DNA of 64,000 nucleotides from Eledone cirrhosa (Eukaryota), in NCBI GenBank assembly GCA_964016885.1, contig OZ024743.1, forward strand, positions 206,460,001-206,524,000, read 5' to 3'. Numbering within the stretch: position 1 is the first letter of the stretch; each line of letters starts with the position of its first letter. A program made the position numbers and the translations under genes. Positions 51,101 to 64,000 of this stretch are shown here, one piece after another. The notes beneath the pieces are model-generated. The model did no database searches. It saw only the letters and a program-made list of their open reading frames with translations, and was not told where the DNA came from.

Positions 51101-54100
51101 AGTCATAACTACTGTAAGACCACTGTATAAAATCCATAGTCACAACTACTGTAAGACCACTGTATCAACAATACAGTCACAACTACTCTAAGACCAATGT
51201 ATCAACACCATAATCACAACTACTGTAATACCACTGTATCAACACCATAGTCACAACTACTGTAAGACCACTGTATCAACACCATAGTCATAACTACTGT
51301 AAGATCACTGTATCAACACTATAGTCACAACTATTGTAAGACCAATGTATCAACACCACAGTCACAACTACTGTAAGACCACTGTATCAACACCATAGTC
51401 ATAACTACCGTAAGACCACTGTATCAGCACCATAGTCATAAGACCACTGTATCAACACCATAGTCACAACTACTGTAAGACCACTGTATCAACACCACAG
51501 TCATAACTACTCTAAGACCACTGTATCAACACCACAGCCACAACTACTGTAAGACCACTGTATCAACACCATAATCACAACTACCGTAATACCACTGTAT
51601 CAACACCATAGTCACAACTACTGTAAGACCACTGTATCAACACTATAGTCACAACTACTGTAAGACCACAGTATCAACACCATGGTCGCAACTACCGTAA
51701 GACCACTGTATCAGCACCACAGTCACAACTACTGTAAGACCACTGTATCAACACCATAGTGACAACTACTGTAAGACCACTGTATTAACACTATATTCAC
51801 AACTAGTGTAAGACCACTGTATCAACACCATATTCATAACTACCGTAAGACGACTGTATCAACACCATAGTCATAAGACCACTGTATCAACACCATAGTG
51901 ACAATTATTGTAAGACCACTGTATCAACACCACAGTCACAACTACAGTAAGACCACTGTATCAACACCATAGTCATAACTACTGTAAGACCACTGTATCA
52001 ACACCATAGTCACAACTATTGTAAGACCAATGTATCAACACCACAGTCACAACTACAGTAAGACCTCTTTATCAACACCATATTCACAACTACTGTAAGA
52101 CCACTGTATCAACACCATAGTCACAACTACTGTAAGACCACTGTATCAACACCATAGTCATAAGACCACTGTATAAACCCCATAGTCACAACTACTGTAA
52201 GACCACTGTATCTACACCATAGTTACAACTACTGTAAGAACACTGTATCAACACAACAGTTATAACTACTGTAAGACCACTGTATCAACATCACAGTCAC
52301 AACTACTGTAAGCCCACTGTATCAACAGCATAGTCATAACTAGTCTAAGACCACCGTGTCAAAACCATAGTCACAACTACAGTAAGACCACTGTATCAAC
52401 ACCATAGTCATAACTACCGTAACACCACTACATCAACACCATAGTCATAAGACCACTGTATCAACACCATAGTCACAACTAATGTAAGTCCACTGTATCA
52501 ACACCATAGTCATAACTACGGTAAGACCTCTGTATCAACACCATAGTCATAAGACCACTGTATCAACACCATTAGTCACAACTACTGTAATACCACTGTA
52601 TCAACACCATAGTCACAACTACTGTAAGACCACTGTATCAACACCATAGTCATAAGACCACTGTATCAACACCATAGTCACAACTACTGTAAGACAACTG
52701 TATCTACACCATAGTCACAACTACTGTAAGAACACTGTATCAGCACCACAGTTATAACTACTGTAACACCACTGTATCAACATCACAGTCACAACTACTG
52801 TAAGATCACTGTATCAACACCACAGCTACAACTATTGTAAGACCACTGTATCAACACCACAGCCACAACTACTGTAAGACCACTGATTCAACACCGTAGT
52901 CACAACTACTGTAAGACCACTGTATCAACACCACAGTCAGAACGTCTGTAAGACCACTGTATCAACACAAAATTCACAACTGCTGTAAGCCTACTGTATC
53001 AACACCATAGTCACAACTACTGTAAGACCACTGCATCAACACCATAGTCACAACGTCTGTAATACCAATGTATCAACACCATAGTCACAACTACTGTAAG
53101 ACCACTGTATAAACACCATAGTCATAACTACCGTAAGACCACTGTATCAACACCATAGTCATAACTACTGTAAGACCACTGTATAAAATCCATAGTCACA
53201 ACTACTGTAAGACCACTGTATCAACAATACAGTCACAACTACTCTAAGACCACTGTATCAACACCACAGTCACAACTACTGTAAGACCACTGTATCAACA
53301 CCATAGTCATATCTACCGTAATACCACTGTATCAACACCATAGTCATAAGACCACTGTATGAACACCATAGTCACAACTACTGTAAGACCATTGTATCAA
53401 CACCATAGTCATAACTACTGTAAGACCACTGTATCAACACCATAGACATAAGACCACTGTATCAACACCATAGTCACAACTACTGTAATACCACTGTATC
53501 AACACCATAGTCACAACTACTGTAAGACCACTGTATCAACACCATAGTCATAAGACCACTGTATCAACACCATAGTCACAACTACTGTAAGACAACTGTA
53601 TCTACACCATAGTCACAACTACTGTAAGAACACTGTATCAGCACCACAGTTATAACTACTGTAACACCACTGTATCAACATCACAGTCACAACTACTGTA
53701 AGATCACTGTATCAACACCACAGCTACAACTACTGTAAGACCACTGTATCAACACCACAGCCACAACTACTGTAAGACCACTGATTCAACACCGTAGTCA
53801 CAACTACTGTAAGACCACTGTATCAACACCACAGTCAGAACGTCTGTAAGACCACTGTATCAACACAAAATTCACAACTGCTGTAAGCCTACTGTATCAA
53901 CACCATAGTCACAACTAATGTAAGACCACTGCATCAACACCATAGTCACAACGTCTGTAATACCAATGTATCAACACCATAGACACAACTACTGTAAGAC
54001 CACTGTATAAACACCATAGTCATAACTACCGTAAGACCACTGTATCAACACCATAGTCATAACTACTGTAAGACCACTGTATAAAATCCATAGTCACAAC

Positions 54101-57100
54101 TACTGTAAGACCACTGTATCAACAATACAGTCACAACTACTCTAAGACCACTGTATCAACACCACAGTCACAACTACTGTAAGACCACTGTATCAACACC
54201 ATATTCATATCTACCGTAATACCACTGTATCAACACCATAGTCATAAGACCACTGTATGAACACCATAGTCACAACTACTGTAAGACCATTGTATCAACA
54301 CCATAGTCATAACTACTGTAAGACCACTGTATCAACACCATAGACATAAGACCACTGTATCAACACCATAGTCACAACTACTGTAATACCACTGTATCAA
54401 CACCATAGTCACAACTACTTTAAGACCACTGTATCAACACCATAGTTATAACTACCGTAAGACCACTGTATCAACACCATAGTCACAACTACTGTAAGAC
54501 CACTGTATCAACACCATAGTCATAACTACTGTAAGAACACTGTATCAACACCATAGTCACAACTATTGTAAGACCACTGTATCAACACCACAGTCACAAC
54601 TACAGTAAGACCACTGTATAAACACCATAGTCACAACTACTGTAAGACCACTGTATGAACACCATAGTCATAACTACCGTAAGACCACTGTATCAACACC
54701 ATAGTCATAACTAATGTAAGACCACTGTATCAACACCATAGTCACAACTACAGTAAGACCACTGTATAAACACCACAGTCATAAGTACTGTAAGACCAAT
54801 GTATCAACACCACAGTCACAACTACTGTAAAACCACTGTATCAACTCCACAGTCACAACTACTGCAAGACCACTGTATCAACACCACAACCACAACTACT
54901 GTAAGACCACTGTATCAACACCACAGTCATAACTACTCTAAGACCACTGTATCAACACCACAGCCACAACTACTGTAAGACCACTGTATCAACACCATAA
55001 TCACAACTACTGTAATACCACTGTATCAACACCATAATCACAACTACTGTAATACCACTGTATCAACACCATAGTCACAACTACTGTAAGACCACTGTAT
55101 CAACACCATAGTCACAACTACTGTAAGACCACTGTATCAACACCATAGTCGCAACTACTCTAAGACCACTGTATCAGCACCACAGTCACAACTACTGTAA
55201 GACCACTGTATCAACACCATAGTCACAAGTACTGTAAGACCACTGTATTAACATCATATTCACAACTACTGTAAGACGACTGTATCAACACCATAGTCAC
55301 AACTACTGTAAGACACCTGTATCAACACCATAGTCATAACTACCGTAAGGCCACTCTATCAACACCATAGTCATAACTACTGTAAGACCACTGTATAAAA
55401 TCCATAGTCACAACTACTAAAAGACCACTGTATCAACAATACAGTCACAACTACTCTAAGACCACTGTATCAACACCACAGTCACAACTACTGTAAGACC
55501 ACTGTATCAACACCATAGTCATAACTACCGTAAGACCAATGTATCAACACCATAGTCATAAGACCACTGTATCAACACCATAGTCACAACTACTGTAAGA
55601 CCAGTGTATCAACACCATAGTCATAACTACTGTAAGACCACTGTATCAACACCATAGTCATAACTACCGTAAGACCACTGTATCAGCACCATAGTCATAA
55701 GACCACTGTATCAACACCATAGTCACAACTACTGTAAGACCACTGTATCAACACCATAGTCATAACTACTGTAAGAATACTGTATCAACACCATAGTCAC
55801 AACTATTGTAAGACCACTGTATCAACACCACAGTCACAACTACAGTAAGACCACTTTATAAAAACCATAGTCACAACTACTGTAAGACCACTGTATCAAC
55901 ACCATAGTCATAACTAATGTAAGACCACTGTATCAACACCATAGTCACAACTACAGTAAGACCACTGTATAAACACCACAGTCATAACTACTGTAAGACC
56001 ACTGTATCAACACCACAGTCACAACTATTGTAAGACCACTGTATCAACACCACAACCACAACTACTGTAAGACGACTGTATCAACACCACAATCATAACT
56101 ACTCTAAGACCACTGTATCAACACCACAGCCACAACTACTGTAAGACCACTGTATCAACACCATAATCACAACTACTGTAAAACCACTGTATCAACACCA
56201 TAGTCACAACTACTGTAAGACCACTGTATCAACACTATAGTCACAACTACTGTAAGACCACTGTATCAACACCATAGTCGCAACTACCGTAAGACCACTG
56301 TATCAGCACCACAGTCACAACTACTGTAAGACCACTGTATCAACACCATAGTGACAACTACCGTAAGACCACTGTATTAACACCATATTCACAACTAGTG
56401 TAAGACCACTGTATCAACACCATAGTCATAACTACCGTAAGACGACTGTATCAACACCATAGTCATAAGACCACTGTATCAACACCATAGTGACAATTAT
56501 TGTAAGAGCACTGTATCAACACCACAGTCACAACTACAATAAGATCACTGTATCAACACCATAGTCATAACTACTGTAAGACTACTGTATCAACACTATA
56601 GTCACAACTATTATAAGACCAATGTATCAACACCACAGTCACAACTACAGTAAGACCACTTTATCAACACCATATTCACAACTACTGTAAGACCACTGTA
56701 TCAACACCATAGTCACAACTACTGTAAGACCACTGTATCAACACCATAGTCATAAGACCACTGTATAAACCCCATAGTCACAACGACTGTAAGACCACTG
56801 TATCTACACCATAGTCACAACTACTGTAATCCCACTGTATCAACAGCATAGTCATAACTACTCTAAGACCACCGTATCAAAACCATAGTCACAACTACAG
56901 TAAGACCACTGTATCAACACCATAGTCATAACTACCGTAACACCACTACATCAACACCATAGTCATAAGACCACTGTATAAACACCATAGTCACAACTAA
57001 TGTGAGTCCACTGTATCAACACCATAGTCATAACTACGGTAAGACCTCTGTATCAACACCATAGTCATAAGACCACTGTATCAACACCATTAGTCACAAC

Positions 57101-60100
57101 TACTGTAATACCACTGTATCAACACCATAGTCACAACTACTGTAAGACCACTGTATCAACACCATAGTCAAAACTACTGTCAGACCAGTGTGTCAGCAGC
57201 ACGGTCACAAATACTGTAAGACCACTGTATGAACACCATAGACATAACTACCGTAAGACCACTGTATCAACAAAATAATCCTAAGACCATTGTATCAACA
57301 CCATAGTTACAACTACTGTAAGACTATTGTATCAACACCATAGTCACAATAACTGTAAGAACACTGTATCAACACCACAATAACTGTAAGACCACTGTAT
57401 CAACACCATATTCATAACTAATGTAAGACCACTGCATCAACACCATAGTCACAACTACTGTAAGACCACTGTATCAGTGGTCTTACAGTAGTTATGACTG
57501 TAAGACCACTGTATGAACACCATAGTCATAACTACCGTAAGACCACTGTGTCAATACCATAGTCATAACTAATGTAAGACCACTGTATAAACACCATAGT
57601 CACAACTACTTTAAGACCACTGTATCAACACAATAGTCACAATAACTGTAAGAACACTGTATCAACACCACAGTCATAACTACTGTAAGACCACTGTATC
57701 AACACCACAGTCACAACTACAGTAAGACCACTGTATCAACACCACAGTCACAACTACTGTAAGACCACTGTATCAACACCACAGTCACAACTACTGTAAG
57801 ACAACTGTATCAACACCACAACCATAACTACTGTAAGACCACTGTATCAACACCACAGTCATAACTACTCTAACACCACTGTAGCAACACCATAGTCACA
57901 ACTACTGTAAGACCACTGTATAAAAGCCAGAGTCACAACTACTGTAAGACCACTGTATCAACAACACAGTCACAACTACTCTAAGACCACTGTATCAACA
58001 CCACAGTCGCAACTACTGTAAGCCCACTGTATCAACAGCATAGTCATAACTACACTACGACCACCGTATCAAAACCATAGTCACAACTACTGTAAGACCA
58101 CTGTATCAACACCATAGTCATAAGACCACTGTATCAACACCATAGTCACAACTACTGTAAGACCACTGTATCAACACCATAGTCACAACTATTGTAAGAC
58201 CACTGTATCAACATCACAGTCACAACTACAGTAAGACCACTGTATAAACACCATAGTCACAACTACTGTAAGACCGCTGTATCAACACCATAGTCATAAC
58301 TAATGTAAGACCATTGTATCAACACCATAGTCACACCTACAGTAAGACCACTGTATAAACACCACAGTCATAACTACTGTAAGACCACTGTATCAACACC
58401 ACAGTCACAACTACTGTAAGACCACTGTATCAACACCACAGTCACAACTACTGTAAGACCACTGTATCAACACCACAACCACAACTACTGTAAGACCACT
58501 GTATCAACACCACAGTCATAACTACTCTAAGACCACTATATCAACACCACAGCCACAACTACTGTAAGACCACTGTATCAACACCATAATCACAACCACT
58601 GTAATACCACTGTATCAACACTATAGTCACAACTACTGTAAGACCACTGTATCAACACTATAGTCACAACTACTGTAAGACCACTGTATCAACACCATAG
58701 TCGCAACTACCGTAAGACCACTGTATCAGCACCACATTCACAACTACTGTAAGACCACTGTATCAACACCATAGTGACAACTACTGTAAGACCACTGTAT
58801 TAACACCATATTCACAACTAGTGTAAGACCACTGTATCAACACCATAGTCATAACTACCGTAAGACGACTGTATCAACACCATAGTCATAAGACCACTGT
58901 ATCAACACCATAGTGACAATTATTGTAAGACCACTGTATCAACACCACAGTCACAACTACAGTAAGACCACTGTATCAACACCATAGTCATAACTATTGT
59001 AAGACCACTGTATCAACACCATAGTCACAACTATTGTAAGACCAATGTATCAACACCACAGTCACAACTACAGTAAGACCACTTTATCAACACCATATTC
59101 ACAACTACTGTAAGACCACTGTATCAACACCATATTCACAACTACTGTAAGACCACTGTATCAACACCATAGTCATAAGACCACTGTATAAACCCCATAG
59201 TCACAACTACTGTAAGACCACTGTATCTACACCATATACACAACTATAGTAAGAACACTGTATCAACACAACAGTTATAACTACTGTAAGACCACTGTAT
59301 CAACATCACAGTCACAACTACTGTAAGCCCACTGTATCAACAGCATAGTCATAACTACTCTAAGACCACCGTATCAAAACCATAGTCACAACTACAGTAA
59401 GACCACTGTATCAACACCATAGTCATAACTACCGTAACACCACTACATCAACACCATAGTCATAAGACCACTGTATCAACACCATAGTCACAACTAATGT
59501 AAGTCCACTGTATCAACACCATAGTCATAACTACGGTAAGACCGCTGTATCAACACCATAGTCATAAGACCACTGTATCAACACCATTAGTCACAACTAC
59601 TGTAATACCACTGTATCAACACCATAGTCACAACTACTGTAAGACCACTGTATCAACACCATAGTCACAACTATAGTAAGACCAGTGTGTCAGCAGCACG
59701 GTCACAAATACTGTAAGACCACTGTATGAACACCATAGACATAACTACCGTAAGACCACTGTATCAACACAATAATCCTAAGACCATTGTATCAACACCA
59801 TAGTTACAACTACTGTAAGACTATTGTATCAACACCATAGTCACAATAACTGTAAGAACACTGTATCAACACCACAGTCATAACTACTGTAAGACCACTG
59901 TATCAACACCATAGTCATAACTAATGTAAGACCACCGTTTCAACACCATAGTCACAACTACTGTAAGACCACTGTATCAGTGGTCTTACAGTAGTTATGA
60001 GTGTAAGACCACTGTATGAACACCATAGTCATAACTACCGTAAGACCACTGTATCAATACCATAGTCATAACTAATGTAAGACCACTGTATAAACACCAT

Positions 60101-63100
60101 ATTCACAACTACTTTAAGACAACTGTATCAACACCATAGTCACAATAACTGTAAGAACACTGTATCAACACCACAGTCATAACTACTGTAATACCACTGT
60201 ATCTACACCACAGTCACAACTACAGTAAGACCACTGTATCAACACCACAGTCACAACTATTGTAAGATCACTGTATCAACACCACAGTCACAACTACTGT
60301 AAGACAACTGTATCAACACCACAACCATAACTACTGTAAGACCACTGTATCAACACCACAGTCATAACTACTCTAAGACCACTGTATCAACACCACAGCC
60401 ACAACTACTGTAAGACCACTGTATCAACACCATAATCACAACTACTGTAATACCACTGTATCAACACCATAATCACAACTACTGTAATACCACTGTATCA
60501 ACACCATAGTCACAACTACTGTAAGACCACTGTATCAACACCATAGTCACAACTACTGTAAGACCACTGTATCAACACCATAGTCGCAACTACTCTAAGA
60601 CCACTGTATCAGCACCACAGTCACAACTACTGTAAGACCACTGTATCAACACCATAGTCACAAGTACTGTAAGACCACTGTATTAACACCATATTCACAA
60701 CTAGTGTAAGACGACTGTATCAACACCATAGTAACAACTACTGTAAGACACCTGTATCAACACCATAGTCATAACTACCGTAAGGCCACTCTATCAACAC
60801 CATAGTCATAACTACTGTAAGACCACTGTATAAAATCCATAGTCACAACTACTGTAAGACCACTGTATCAACAATACAGTCACAACTACTCTAAGACCAA
60901 TGTATCAACACCATAATCACAACTACTGTAATACCACTGTATCAACACCATAGTCACAACTACTGTAAGACCACTGTATCAACACCATAGTCATAACTAC
61001 TGTAAGATCACTGTATCAACACTATAGTCACAACTATTGTAAGACCAATGTATCAACACCACAGTCACAACTACTGTAAGACCACTGTATCAACACCATA
61101 GTCATAACTACCGTAAGACCACTGTATCAGCACCATAGTCATAAGACCACTGTATCAACACCATAGTCACAACTACTGTAAGACCACTGTATCAACACCA
61201 CAGTCATAACTACTCTAAGACCACTGTATCAACACCACAGCCACAACTACTGTAAGACCACTGTATCAACACCATAATCACAACTACCGTAATACCACTG
61301 TATCAACACCATAGTCACAACTACTGTAAGACCACTGTATCAACACTATAGTCACAACTACTGTAAGACCACAGTATCAACACCATGGTCGCAACTACCG
61401 TAAGACCACTGTATCAGCACCACAGTCACAACTACTGTAAGACCACTGTATCAACACCATAGTGACAACTACTGTAAGACCACTGTATTAACACCATATT
61501 CACAACTAGTGTAAGACCACTGTATCAACACCATATTCATAACTACCGTAAGACGACTGTATCAACACCATAGTCATAAGACCACTGTATCAACACCATA
61601 GTGACAATTATTGTAAGACCACTGTATCAACACCACAGTCACAACTACAGTAAGACCACTGTATCAACACCATAGTCATAACTACTGTAAGACCACTGTA
61701 TCAACACCATAGTCACAACTATTGTAAGACCAATGTATCAACACCACAGTCACAACTACAGTAAGACCTGTTTATCAACACCATATTCACAACTACTGTA
61801 AGACCACTGTATCAACACCATAGTCACAACTACTGTAAGACCACTGTAACAACACCATAGTCATAAGACTACTGTATAAACCCCATAGTCACAACTACTG
61901 TAAGACCACTGTATCTACACCATAGTCACAACTACTGTAAGAACACTGTATCAACACAACAGTTATAACTACTGTAAGACCACTGTATCAACATCACAGT
62001 CACAACTACTGTAAGCCCACTGTATCAACAGCATAGTCATAACTAGTCTAAGACCACCGTGTCAAAACCATAGTCACAACTACAGTAAGACCACTGTATC
62101 AACACCATAGTCATAACTACCGTAACACCACTACATCAACACCATAGTCATAAGACCACTGTATCAACACCATAGTCACAACTAATGTAAGTCCACTGTA
62201 TCAACACCATAGTCATAACTACGGTAAGACCTCTGTATCAACACCATAGTCATAAGACCACTGTATCAACACCATTAGTCACAACTACTGTAATACCACT
62301 GTACCAACACCATAGTCACAACTACTGTAAGACCACTGTATCAACACCATAGTCATAAGACCACTGTATCAACACCATAGTCACAACTACTGTAAGACAA
62401 CTGTATCTACACCATAGTCACAACTACTGTAAGAACACTGTATCAGCACCACAGTTATAACTACCGTAACACCACTGTATCAACATCACAGTCACAACTA
62501 CTGTAAGATCACTGTATCAACACCACAGCTACAACTACTGTAAGACCACTGTATCAACACCACAGCCACAACTACTGTAAGACCACTGATTCAACACCGT
62601 AGTCACAACTACTGTAAGACCACTGTATCAACACCACAGTCAGAACGTCTGTAAGACCACTGTATCAACACAAAATTCACAACTGCTGTAAGCCTACTGT
62701 ATCAACACCATAGTCACAACTACTGTAAGACCACTGCATCAACACCATAGTCACAACGTCTGTAATACCAATGTATCAACACCATAGTCACAACTACTGT
62801 AAGACCACTGTATAAACACCATAGTCATAACTACCGTAAGACCACTGTATCAACACCATAGTCATAACTACTGTAAGACCACTGTATAAAATCCATAGTC
62901 ACAACTACTGTAAGACCACTGTATCAACAATACAGTCACAACTACTCTAAGACCACTGTATCAACACCACAGTCACAACTACTGTAAGACCACTGTATCA
63001 ACACCATAGTCATATCTACCGTAATACCACTGTATCAACACCATAGTCATAAGACCACTGTATGAACACCATAGTCACAACTACTGTAAGACCATTGTAT

Positions 63101-64000
63101 CAACACCATAGTCATAACTACTGTAAGACCACTGTATCAACACCATAATCACAACCACTGTAATACCACTGTATCAACACTATAGTCACAACTACTGTAA
63201 GACCACTGTATCAACACTATAGTCACAACTACTGTAAGACCACTGTATCAACACCATAGTCGCAACTACCGTAAGACCACTGTATCAGCACCACATTCAC
63301 AACTACTGTAAGACCACTGTATCAACACCATAGTGACAACTACTGTAAGACCACTGTATTAACACCATATTCACAACTAGTGTAAGACCACTGTATCAAC
63401 ACCATAGTCATAACTACCGTAAGACGACTGTATCAACACCATAGTCATAAGACCACTGTATCAACACCATAGTGACAATTATTGTAAGACCACTGTATCA
63501 ACACCACAGTAACAACTACAGTAAGACCACTGTATCAACACCATAGTCATAACTATTGTAAGACCACTGTATCAACACCATAGTCACAACTATTGTAAGA
63601 CCAATGTATCAACACCACAGTCACAACTACAGTAAGACCACTTTATCAACACCATATTCACAACTACTGTAAGACCACTGTATCAACACCATATTCACAA
63701 CTACTGTAAGACCACTGTATCAACACCATAGTCATAAGACCACTGTATAAACCCCATAGTCACAACTACTGTAAGACCACTGTATCTACACCATATACAC
63801 AACTATAGTAAAACACTGTATCAACACAACAGTTATAACTACTGTAAGACCACTGTATCAACATCACAGTCACAACTACTGTAAGCCCACTGTATCAACA
63901 GCATAGTCATAACTACTCTAAGACCACCGTATCAAAACCATAGTCACAACTACAGTAAGACCACTGTATCAACACCATAGTCATAACTACCGTAACACCA
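33194..64000. repeat. 37-bp satellite array (~30.8 kb, roughly 850 units, runs off the window)
   Basis: Consensus ACTGTAAGACC-ACTGTATCAACACC-ATAGTCACAACT; interspersed 28-bp variant; no ORFs in the track. Confidence 0.99.

Noticed and set aside
33194-64000. CRISPR array (37-bp repeat length)
   Set aside because: Units are contiguous with no unique spacers; no cas genes; eukaryotic TE context
33194-64000. Mucin-like Thr-rich coding repeat
   Set aside because: 37 and 28 bp are not multiples of 3, stops recur, and the ORF track is empty here

Overview
Eukaryotic, repeat-dense DNA with no supportable intact host gene. The SINE motifs, (TA)n/(CA)n/(GAT)n microsatellites and LINE mix look like an octopus/cephalopod genome, which is an inference from recall and not a search. 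Positions 1-32.1 kb are a mosaic of decayed and nested transposable elements: tRNA-derived SINEs (one tandem cluster), L1/Tx1-like 3' ends, a Dong/R4 element split by a PHD-bearing CRE-like fragment, two RTE-type LINEs, an RTE tail with C2H2 fingers, a CR1-like LINE, two Penelope-like fragments, two Tc1/mariner relics, a Buster-type hAT element (8-bp TSD) containing a solo LTR and a Helitron, and a Gypsy-like LTR element. That element is cut at ~32,122 by a 91-bp AT-rich satellite (~1.07 kb), which ends in an inverted segment. A 37-bp satellite follows and runs ~30.8 kb to the window end, with a recurrent 28-bp variant, kb-scale higher-order duplications (including a near-exact 6,520-bp tandem pair) and two internal fold-back micro-inversions. 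I see no convincing new multi-gene system. The best leads are the satellite architecture, repeated fold-back scars, hammerhead-like motifs and unusual domains in retroelements. All calls were made by eye, and element boundaries are approximate unless a TSD or terminus is quoted.
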